The notes under the pieces are model-generated. The model worked only from the letters and a program-made list of their open reading frames with translations, searched no databases and was not told the DNA's origin. A DNA stretch of 63,049 nt, filler included, from Aduncisulcus paluster (Eukaryota): assembly GCA_024181965.1 (NCBI GenBank). It is 6 parts of 6 records of this genome, joined end to end, with 100 filler letters (N's around TTAATTAATTAA, not from the genome) between each part and the next. Parts side by side here need not be neighbours in the genome. Positions count along the whole stretch, not along the records: positions 1 to 19,371 come from BQXS01010855.1; 5 more parts are not named here. One strand, written 5' to 3'. This document shows positions 1 to 11,691 of this stretch, piece after piece. A program made the translations under genes and the position numbers. The first letter of the stretch is position 1; each line of letters opens with the position of its first letter.

Positions 1-710
1 GAAACGATAAGGAAAAGGTATAGAGGCGATTGAAATACTATAAGGAAGAGGAATAGAAAGAGGCAATTCTTTCTTTGAGAAGAAAAATCCAAGTGATAAA
101 TCAATTATATACGGATGAGACATGACCTTTTCCTCCTCCTCTTCTTCCGACAATATATCAATAATTTCTTCTTCTTCCTCCTCATCTTTCATTAGACAAA
201 GAAAGAATTTCAACATCTTCTTCTTCTTCTTCCTCTACATCTTCCTTCTTTCTTTCTTCCTCTCCTTTCTTCTCACTTTCTATTAATGGAAGCAGTATAT
301 TGGCAACAACAGTCTCAATATCTTTCCCAATTTCTATCGAACCGACCACACTGATATTATCTGAGTCGACAGGGAGTCCAGAAATAGATACAGCTAGACT
401 ACACAATGAGATTGCATGAGGAATTGTCCAATATTTAGGAATAAAAGAAAGACTGTTGTAGCGAAAATCATGAAATGGCCAGTGATTTGATGAGATTTCA
501 TCACAAAAAGCCCGATAGAAACGATAAGGAAAAGGTATAGAGGCGATTGAAATACTATAAGGAAGAGGAATAGAAAGAGGCAATTCTTTCTTTGAGAAGA
601 AAAATCCAAGTGATAAATCAATTATATACGGATGAGACATGACCTTTTCCTCCTCCTCTTCTTCCGACAATATATCAATAATTTCTTCTTCTTCCTCCTC
701 ATCTTTCATT
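1..710. repeat. Direct tandem duplication, period 517 bp (1-193 identical to 518-710; runs off the window edge)
   Basis: Exact match by eye. The junction is at 193/194 and there is no N gap. Confidence 0.9.
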
Positions 711-3700
711 CTCATTATTGGTCTCCTCTCTCTTTGTTCAGTGGGTCCTAAAATAGCCTTTTGAGAAGAATCGAGATCATTGATTTGTTTCGTCAAATGA
801 TGGGAGTTCACATCCCTTTTCTTTTCTTTATCCAGCTTGCATATCATGTTATTCACGCGAAAATCAACATATTTATACCACGTATCCACCAACCATTTTA
901 TATCATTTGAGAAACTATCACCATTCAAACTATTTTTAGAATGAGAAGAAGAGGGAGAACTGGATGAATCGATGAGATTGTCAGTCGATAAAATAGGAAC
1001 CATAAGACCACTTTCAAGGAGGGAACGAAACAACAAAGAATTACAAATAATCATTACAAATTCATTGAATCGATCGCTTAGATTCAATGAAGAATCTCGA
1101 AAAATTTCAAGTAATTCCATAAAATTTGGAAAAACAAGAAGTTTATAGATATCTTCAGAACTTTTTTTGGCCAAATATTTCTTACATCGAATGGATATTT
1201 TCTCTTTGATTTTCACATCATGAGATACTATGGATGATCTGGTGTGAGGAAGAAGAGGACCAGATCCAAGTAAAAGATGGCAACTTTGGTGAAATATTTC
1301 ATTTGAATCCCTTGGAACAGGAATATGCGAACAAGTTTGGTTGAATAATGACTCGAAATTAGGTGGTATCAAAGGAACACCATCATTCAAAGCATCAAAG
1401 TTAGCAAAAGAACATATCACATCGGGCTGTGGAACATAAATGTGAGACTTTTTCGACTGACAGATACACGCAACGAACAGATTCTTACCCAAATATTCAT
1501 GACATTCGCTCTTAATGCAGGATATGAAAGTATTCAAATGTTGAGATTGAGAGAATTCACCACCGATATCTGATTTATCTTCAAAATAAACAAATATTAC
1601 ATTAATATTTTTGGGCAATGGAGCTTCAAACATGGAGCTTTCTCTATGGGAACCTTCAAATAACTTATGTTTTGCGCTATAATATTGACACACACTTTTT
1701 TCACTCCAACTCTCCTCACAATCTTCGGACATATCACATGATTGTTCTGAATATTTCAGTGCATCCTTGAGCTTTGATTTGATATCAAGGAGCTTTGATT
1801 TGATGTCCTGTCTGCTTGTGAAATTTGAGGATTTTAAGTCAGAAAACTTAAAGCTTAGTCTTCGTCTTCCTTTAAAAAATTCATCCATGATATAATTTCT
1901 TATAATATCTGAGTTGAGTTGACGTATTTCAGAAACATTCACAACACAAATGGGAATCATACTTTTCAGTGCGAAAACAATACTATTGCATGAAGTTGTA
2001 TCAGGTTTCAACAGAAATTTGGATGTGATTGGAATATTGTGAGTTTGATCCCCCAAATAATCGAATAGATTCTCACCAAAGCCTCTAAAATGAATATTAA
2101 GTCTTTCTTTAAAGAAAATACGGATTTTATCTTGATCTCTATGCTCCGAAAACTCAATAAAAGTTTCAAAAACAACAGATAAAAATGTTTTAATAGCGAA
2201 CTCCAAAGGATCTCCGAAGAAATTTGTTGGAATTGACCAAGACTCAGGCTTCATCAATGTATCTGACAAAATTACATCAAAAAAATCGGGAATATCAGGT
2301 TTTAATTGGTCAATCATGAACTCAAGCATCTGAAATACAGTGCGAAGGTTATCTGAGCTATCTATTTTTATCTTTTCCAACCGTTGAATGAGCGCACTAA
2401 TTTCATTCGAAACAACTTGATGCTCAAACATCTCTTCAGGGAAAATAAGAATGAATCGAGTTCCCTTCTTGACCTCAACATGTCTATTTCCACTTGAACC
2501 GATGGCAATCCTACAGTATTCAACATTAGATTGACTTGAATGGTTCTTGTTCAACAAATCAAACAGAGCTCCGACGTTTCCAAAATTGTCTAATATTCCA
2601 ATGTCTCCATTCTGGGCAATGTTAATAACCTCCTCAAGCCTTTCACTTCCTTCTTCTCCACTGACAATATCCCTCTTAAAGGTACTTCCATTCAAAACTC
2701 TCACATGTTGCTTGGAACCATTGCGAATGCATTGGATTTGCAGAAAGTTCTTCAAAAAGGGAACAAACTGGGGTGAACACCGTAAACAGATGTGTCGAGA
2801 AGTAACATCCGATTCCAAAACACTTTGACTGATGGCTTCGAGGATATCTTTGGTGTCAAAGACATCAGTGATAACAGATTGTGGTCTTTCCAATTTGAAT
2901 AATCTACAATCGATTAAGATCTTTTTCACCGCATCAAAAACATCATCATGAACCCCTTTGTAACAGCGAATAGCACAATGTCCAACTTTCTCGAAACTTC
3001 TGTCCTCTAATTTAGCAACTGACGCCACAAATCCATACAAATCTCTATTTCCAATCATTCCACCTTTCCCAATCCGCTTGGCAACCCTAACAGCCTCCAT
3101 ATGGCCATCAACAAGAGCATCGACAATGCTGTCACAGTCGCAAGCCAGTAGAGTATCATAGCTATTCATAATAATGTGGGAGATCTCACACATCTCATCC
3201 CTTCGGAGAGGTGGTCTGAAACACAACAAACACCGAGATGTGGGTGCAGCATCGAGCAAATGGTTAGAATTGCCAATAAACGAAAATAAAGGAACCTTTT
3301 CGTCAGTTGAGGGTTCCAACGGTTCATGCAATACCTTTAATGGATTATTTGGACTTTTATCAGCCAATCCAAGCTCATCGATGCAGAGAATACATAGAAA
3401 TCGATTTTCCATAACCTGTTCTTTTGTATAACAATCTCTAGCTCTCTTAATAGCAGCCATAATGCCTGCGCTATCAGAGCTCTCAGATCCTTGGTATGTT
3501 TGTGGGAAAATCGTTGGGATATTGGACTTTGTACACTCGATTTTCTTGAGATATGAATTAGCTAACCCTACAGAAAGTGTCTTTGATGATCCAGGGGAGC
3601 CCATTAATAAGAGAGGTATACGGGAGAGACGACAAATGAAATTAGCAAGGAAATTCTCCCATAATGATCGACAGTTGGCAATCTCTTTCTTACACTCACT

Positions 3701-6700
3701 TATCGCATCTGCAGTAAGCTTCTTTCCAATTTCAGTGGCATATTTTTCATAATTCTTAATTTTTCCTCCTTTTACATAGTCATCTGAAACAATGGAGGAA
3801 GAGGAAGAAGAAGAACCATAGTTTCTTCTCGAAAAGAGAGAAAACCTAAATCGATGACGTTTCTTTGTTGATGACAATTTTTCTTCGTACCCAATGAAAT
3901 TCTTGAAATCCCAGCGCCATTCCAGAGAAGGAATTCTCATTTCATAAGTCAACATTATGGCAACGCACCACGCTTTGATGAAATATTGTTTAGGTGTCAC
4001 ATCTGGGCGATTCACATGGAATACTTCATTTTTGTACTTCATCAAAACATCCATAATTAGAATAAATCGTTGAGGATCTCGCAAAGAGCAGTTCCAAGCA
4101 GCTCCCTTGGCTTTGTTCTGCACGAATTTATGAGCTTTGATAAGGATTTGGGTTAATTCTTTGAGTAAACTATCTGAACAAGAAGATAATTTGGCAGCAT
4201 GTTGAATAATTGGGGAATATCCAATAATTTTCGTGAGGTATTTTTCGGTATCCCCATTCGAAAGCTCTCCAAAATCCATCATTCGACATAAAAGAGAAGG
4301 AGACATTGGGTGGACACGATAAATTGCCGACGCAGCCGCCGTGAACTCCTCGCCATCGCTTTTAGCCGGATTAATTATCGGCAATTCGGCTGAAGGTGTG
4401 ACATTGCGATATGGATTCGCAGCGATAACGATTGAGACATTTTCATGCAAGTTGATACCACCTACACTCCTGTTCTTGCATAAACAAGTAACCATATCAA
4501 TGAGATCAGATGCATTGGCTTCATCAATAAACAGAACAACCATGGCCTTTTCACGAATGTTTCCACAACAAGAAGCAAATAGCCGACATTCGAAGTCAAA
4601 ATTAATGCTTGGAACAGTAGTATTTCCCTTGATGGAATGTCCATAACCGAACTGATAACCGTTTGGAAGCGCTCGACCAGCACAAGCTTTACACGTTTCC
4701 CAGGCTTTCTCAGCCATCTGATTAGCATCTTGAATAGCTGAGAGAAGTTTGTTGGGAGTTGAACCCGCATCAAGGATGACCTTCTTGAAAGAATCATTAA
4801 CATTACGAGTCGAAAGCAAATCCAAGCGACTCATACATTCAAGAAGAAATCTTACAAGAGAGGTTTTACCGACACCAGCTTCGGCTCGAAGAATCACAAG
4901 TTGTTCGGTGTATAACATTGACTGGATTTGCAGAGCTTTGAAAAGATTATCCGTCGTGAGCTCATATGACGGAGAACATCCCGAAATATCAGCTTGATCA
5001 AGTTTCGTTCCAGAATATGTTACAAACTCTGACCTCAGATCTTCTTTGCCTTCGATGCAAAACAAATGGGCAAAATCGACTTCTTTCTCGGGAATAGTTA
5101 GTTTGAAAAAATCTATCAAAGATTTTGGAATAGAATAGCGTGAACTCCCTGTGGATTCCGGTGAAGCAAAGAGTAATCGACTGGGATTGAAAATAAGCAA
5201 GGGACGTTTCTGTTTTTCCCAAGAGAAGACTTTCTCTTTCAAAACCTTTCCCAAAGCCATATCAAAGGCATAATCTGTTCCACATCGACCACAGATCACC
5301 ATTTCTTTTGCAACCATGTGCCATACTTCTTTAAAAAAGGCATCTGAGATAGGAATAGGAATGTCTTCAGGACGGGTGTTACAATAAAAACCATGCGATT
5401 TGATGGTCATGACAAAACGAAAGGCAGCCTGACCAATTGAATACAGTAAACCATATGTGAGCTTATCTATTTCGCCAGAAATACAATGTCCAAGTTCAGG
5501 GATTTTACCTTCAAAAAATCGTTGAATCAAGTCCATCTCAACATGTGTAATGACAGGAAGAGCTTGTGGAAGGTAATCTCTATCCATGCATGATTTAATC
5601 ACTACGTAAATACTTGCTATACCATCATACGTGAGATTATTTGTGAAGGCAATCCCAGGTGAACTACCACATCCAACCGCATCCATGACATCCCCCCATG
5701 TAAAATGGTGAGATTTAATGTGAGAAGCTTCGATATGGATGTGTTTAATGGAATTATATAGCCATTGGTTTGCCGAGGATTGGACTTCAATGTGAATGTC
5801 CACATCATCTGCAATACGAATGAATGCTCCACTCGAACGGATGGAGCGAAGATATATCAATGAAAAGAGGAAGTTTTCCAACTCTTTTTGTCTTCGAATC
5901 TCAGCCTTTGAAGGCCTTCTGCCCTCATCGCTTGACAAATCACACCTCCCAAGATCAACCCACAATATTCCTTTCCCCCCCACTGAGTCAGCATTCGACT
6001 TCCTCACAAATGACTCAATATCACGAACTATTTGGCTCAAAGAACAATTCCTACTCAGATGGAACGGTTGTAAGTCAGGATTAGCAGCCAATTTGTACCT
6101 AATGTAATGGCTTTTCCCATTGGATGGAAGATCAGACACATGGATATACGCATGTGGAGTGTTTACACGATATTCAGAGAGAGGTTTGAGTGATGTGAAT
6201 GAATCAAGAGATATGTGAATACCTTTAAACTCTTCACGAAGAAAATGAGGACAAAATACAGCAATTTTCTCGTTTCTATAAATAGACTTCAGTTTCTCAA
6301 CAAGACCTTTCAAAATACCAATGGGAAGTTCCTCACATCTCAAAATAGCGTGCAAAGATCGATAAGCTTTTGCTCTGAGGAAAAAAGCATCTATCTCGTC
6401 CAAAGAAGTGAAAGATGAACAGAAAAGGATATTTTCAGAGGTTATAAAGGATTTCTGACTCAAAAATAGAGAAGGAATTCGGAGAAGAATTGAATTTTCC
6501 TCGTCCTTTGAAGATGGAATGAAAAACACAGAAGCTGCAGTAACTCCTCGTGAAATACCAAGATCATCGATCTCCTTGGAAAGAACTGGGTTCAAGGCCA
6601 ATCCTTCCGATATTTTAATGAAACCATTACAAGTGATGCTTGGAGCTACTGAAATTGAGGCACCAGCTCGGGAGGAAGTCAACCCATCCAAACATTTCAA

Positions 6701-9700
6701 CACATCATCATAAGCACCAAAGGCCCGATCAATCTCCTTCTCGGTTTTAATTATACTTGAAAATGGTGTCAACACAAGTTCCGATGAAGCTTTTGAGTGG
6801 AAATGAAACCGCCAAAGATCTTCGATGTCTTGTGTTGAACTTGCATTCCGAANNNNNNNNNNNNNNNNNNNNAAGTGATGCTTGGAGCTACTGAAATTGA
6901 GGCACCAGCTCGGGAGGAAGTCAACCCATCCAAACATTTCAACACATCATCATAAGCACCAAAGGCCCGATCAATCTCCTTCTCGGTTTTAATTATACTT
7001 GAAAATGGTGTCAACACAAGTTCCGATGAAGCTTTTGAGTGGAAATGAAACCGCCAAAGATCTTCGATGTCTTGTGTTGAACTTGCATTCCGAAAGGTTG
7101 ATATATCTTTCCCGGTTAATCCAGACATTCCAATGGAAGATGCGTGATCATTTCTATAGCCAGACAACTCCTTCTGAGAGTTCTCATATTTCTTGGCAAG
7201 AATTTCCTTAATTTCATGCAACTCACTGATTACTCTATTTTTCAGTCCTTCAGCTTGCGAAACACTACAAGAATCGGTGTCCGAAGACAATCTCGCTTGA
7301 TCATCCCATTCTCGACTGTGATATTGCCAAAGAATAGGATCACCAGTAGGATGCTGAATAACACCGTTGATATACATTTGACTAATAACATCACAAATGG
7401 CTTCCAGATCATCAATAATCGACACAAATTCACCATTTCCATTCCATCTGGCATCACTTTTGGTCATTCTAATACTTTCCTCAGAGATAATTGTGGTGTG
7501 GTCGTTACCCTTAAGTTGAAGATGAGTGGTTCCATCAGGTGAAAGGATTATTTGAATATAACCCTTGAAAACAAGATCTTGGACAGAACTAGTGAACTTA
7601 TCATCTGAGAGAGCATTTAAAAGATTCTTCTGAGCCGTAACAGATAGTTCACGGACAAGATTGGCTCCCTCCTTGGCATCCTCTTTTATACTCTCAGTGA
7701 ATTGGGTAATAGCATCAAAGATATTTGCCTCCTTTTTAGATTTTATCGCTTCCTCAAAGTTCAGACAAAGTATCCGACACATGGGGAGTCGCCGCCTTCG
7801 AATAAAGAACAATAAGGCCTCCAAAGACTTCCTTGTGAGGTTACGTTCGGTCATTCTTTCTTGGAGAATTGCAAATGTTTGTGAATTATCTTGGGAATCT
7901 TTTTGATGAGCAAGGTTACAAAGATGAAGCAAAGAAGAATCAGGGTCAACGAATCTGGATACAATTTCAAGCGAATCGACAAAATTCTCCAATTTCATTT
8001 TGTCAATGTTCTTATTAGCATATGTAATGGCAGTAATTTCAGCAATTGAGTGAGAAGACAAGAACTTAGCCCTTGTGTTGGACAAAATATCCATGATTTT
8101 AACCCCATCTTCGATACATTCCTCGACCTTTACAAATATTTCATATTGTTTCATGGATGGGGGGAGGCTTGCTCCAAAGGCCTTAACAATAGTTCGGACA
8201 ACAGACACAGATTGTTGGTCATCGCAATGCAGATCCTTCCACTTCTTCATACATTCAGGACAACTCTTAAAGAATTGATAAAAATCGTCAAGAAACTGTT
8301 GGTAGTGTATTTTACGATCATCAGACATATGCTTCTTGATAAATTTATGAAGAACCACGAAAAACAAAACTCCATGCTTTTCAGTCACTGATTCGGAGAG
8401 GCTGAGAGCAAATGACAAGATACTACCAAGAAGTTCACCACTTTCAGTCTCTTTATCAATTACTACAGAAGAATCAGATAAAGATGATAATTGCTTCATA
8501 AAGCACTCATGAGGTTCACAAAGAAAGATCTGATTGAACAAGGAAGTGAATTCAGCAATTTGTTCTTTTCCAGCAACATCTTTCTCTTGTTCTTCTTGAA
8601 CTTCAGCGAGCTCTTTAAGTAAATACATAACAAATGTCATAATAGGAAATGCTCCACGATTTTCTTTTGATTGTATGGTTTGGATAACTTTGATAAATTC
8701 ACGATCTCTGCGAGAAAATTCCTTCAAAAACCAATCCAAAGAGACCAATTTTAGGGGAATATCATGTGATTGTTGAACCTCTATAATTTTCTCATTCATT
8801 CTCCGAACAATATCAGTTCCAATTACTCTGATTGACCGTAAATTCCACATCATCGAGAAACAGCGTGTACACCACACAATTAACTCTTTGATGTTATCAA
8901 TTTCGGGACTAACAAACTGATAAGGTCCACTCTGTCTTGGGACTGTTCCTGTAAGGGATCTGTAGAGAGAGATTGGATGTTTTTGGAAAGGAATGGGGTT
9001 ATTTTCAAGAGTCTGGAAGAACCGATAATACTTTTGGATGGCCAGATAAGGAAGTTCTTTCTCTTCAATCTTCCTCATAAGCCCCATAAATGCATTCTTA
9101 ATCTCACACAATACAGGAATTTGCTTGGAAATATCAGAGTGTTTGGCGAGGAATGGGAATAATATCTCATACAATATCATACCATGACGAGAAACAATAT
9201 CAAATTCTTTGGGAACTTGTTGTTTCCCAATACCCAAGAAGGATACTCTCGAGATGCCATGGGAACTCATAGGATTCAAGTCAGTAGGCTTGTCCAAGGC
9301 ATCCCTACTGGCTTGAAGAATGGGATCAAGAACATTGATTATGTAATCGCCAAAAGCAGAAGGGTCTGTACGTGTGTCCTTGAGGACATCTTTGATATCT
9401 GTATAATATGATCTTGAAAACAATTCCTTGAAATACTTCAAACCTGAGGAAATAATAATGTTCAAAATACACTTCCGAAAAACTCCAAAAAACTCATGTT
9501 TAGCGGGGAGAGAAACTGGGTGTGCTGAGCTGAATTTTGACCTTTTGCGAGGAAAGAAGTCTTCATGTTTCAAAACATTAACCAAACTCTTTGATCCATT
9601 GTGTAAAATAAAGTTCGTTACAGATTCCTCAACTAACGTTTTTAGATCTCTAAAAATAGAAAACTTCCATAATCTAGCATAACAATCCATCACAGAAATC

Positions 9701-11295
9701 AGGCTATAATTGCTCACCTGAACTTCAGGCTGAAGTTGCTTTGAAATAATAGAGCCCAACTTTTCTCTTTCCTTTTCCCCTTTCAATTCAAAGGCCAATG
9801 ATGTTTTGCAGTGACCATTGTAAAGCACATTAAATACTTGCACCAAATAATCAATAATGTTGATTTTTGTTTTCTCCTGATATAATATCTTGCCTTCACA
9901 ATCAATAAAAGAATGAAGATCTTTTCCAAGAACATCAGCAATAGTCGGATCTTCATAAAGATACTTGTGAGTGCAGTGAGGATAGGATTCGAGCCTGGAA
10001 AGAATATAACACCGTAAAGAACAACAAAACTTATCATCGAAACCTTTCTCTGAACCCCTAGATGTTGATTTTTGAGAGGAATATCTTGAATAACGCTCTC
10101 GATACGAATATCTCTTGACACTCTTATCCTTGCATGTGGGACGAAGTAGTTTAATGATGGAGTCATCACAGCCAATCTGGAGGTATATATCGCATAGTTT
10201 TTGTAAGAAGGGGAAAGAATCACGTTCCGGCAATCCCTCTGCATATTTCATACATAATTTGCAATAAATCTCTGCAGTATCATGATAAACAGCATCTGAT
10301 ATACCATATTCAAAGCCTACAGATGTGGATGCAGAGGAAGAGGAAGAGGAAGAGGAAGGAGAGAGAAATACCAACTCGGCAAGTGATAAAAGAAGAGAGG
10401 GGAAAATAGAAGAAGATGACCAGACCCCAGTGAAAAGACCTAATGAATGGAATTTAGAGGCGATTTCAACAATAGGAAACAGAACATTTGCCCTTGAAAT
10501 TCCAACAGAGCCGAACATTTTATGAAACCAAGTCTTGTCCCAAAAGGCATTACGGAGGGCGTGTACAATCATCTCTGTCGCTTTCAAAGTCGATTGTCGT
10601 GATCCCCGTTGATCAATCTTCACCCCTAATTTCTTTTTATCAAGAAAATCAATACACATTTTCAACTCAGGAGATTCAGACCGAGAGTGATTCAGAGGCA
10701 TCAAAAAACAATTTAAAATGGTACAATGAGTCCACCAAAGAGATAATTCATGGCATTCTGTCCGATATTTGGGCTTGACAACAGATGAAGAAAGAAGATC
10801 ACGAACTCCTCGACAACAAAGAAGGGTTTCATGGGGTTTTGCTTCAAGCAACCTGCGAAGAAGTTTCAAAATAGAAAGAAGATTCGTAGGATAACACTTG
10901 GTCCTCCTATAGTTCCACTGAACAATCACAATATTGTTTCCACAATACTTTAACTGATTCACATTTTCCTTACGGTTCCCATAGTTAATTAATGGGTTAA
11001 TTCCTTGTTCCCATTTCCATGATTCACGATCGTCAGTGGAAGGAATCCTTCCTGGTGATGGAGGGAGATACAATCGAATCTTATAGTAAAAAGATGAAGA
11101 ACTTTGGAAATGTTTGGAAAAGGCAGGAATTGACACATGAGCCACTCCATACTTCTCAGTTTCACATTTTTCTACAGGATTTGCCTGATAAATATGATCC
11201 CACTGTTCATTACCATCATCTCGTCTTCCACAACTAATTCCGATATGTTTCGCACTACAACAGTTTTTTTTATCAAAAAAGATGTATATATTCAT
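182..11295 (-). CDS. RNF213: Giant RNF213/mysterin-like AAA+ ATPase (one gene, ~3,623 aa after removing the duplicated gap 6853-7094; true C-terminus uncertain)
   Basis: ORFs 6769-11295 and 182-6937 join in frame once the 242 nt at 6853-7094 are removed (10,872 nt = 3,624 codons). RNF213-core motifs occur in the expected order: SNGKSHY, YELTTDNLFK, AEAGVGKT, LFIDEAN, AANPYR, YRVHPMSPSL, DFGEL, SLRD, GSPGSSKTLS, CIDELGLADKSPNNPLKVLHEPLE, FIGNSN, RDLY, GSTF, LFDLLN. Confidence 0.9.
6631..7094. other. Scaffolding artefact: 222-bp duplicated flank around a 20-N gap (6631-6852 = 6873-7094)
   Basis: Identical sequence lies on both sides of N6853-6872. Collapsing it restores the RNF213-like frame. 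Confidence 0.92.
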
Positions 11296-11304
11296 ATGTT
11301 CTTC

Positions 11305-11372
11305 CTTGAAAAAGTCTGTTATTTGTAATCAAAGAGACAAGAAGGGTTTCTGATGAGGTTGAGGAGACATAC
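11305..11372 (-). other. Candidate 68-nt first intron of the RNF213-like gene (exon 1 ATG at 11390, MSRFAI)
   Basis: ATG AGT AGA TTT GCC ATA|GTATGT...AATAAC-13 nt-TTCAAG|GAA GAA CAT ATG is in frame with the main ORF. Donor and size match other introns here, but the AAG acceptor is weak. Confidence 0.4.
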
Positions 11373-11691
11373 TATGGCAAATCTACTCATTTTTGAATTA
11401 TCACAACTATAGCAATTCAAAATACATAATAAATAAATAAAATAATAAGAACATTCCAAAGTGCGCTAAAATAAAATCATGAAATATTGAATTGGTACCA
11501 ATATCGCCCTCTGTGAACAAAATTAATTTTCATCCTTCAGACACCTTTAGATATCTTTTAAACTGATTTATTCTTGATTATTAATACCATCACCATTATT
11601 ACATCTTTCATTTCATATTGCGAGATCAAACATACAACCTTTATTTCATTTTTGATTTTTCCCCATCTACAATATTACTGTCGTATTCTGT

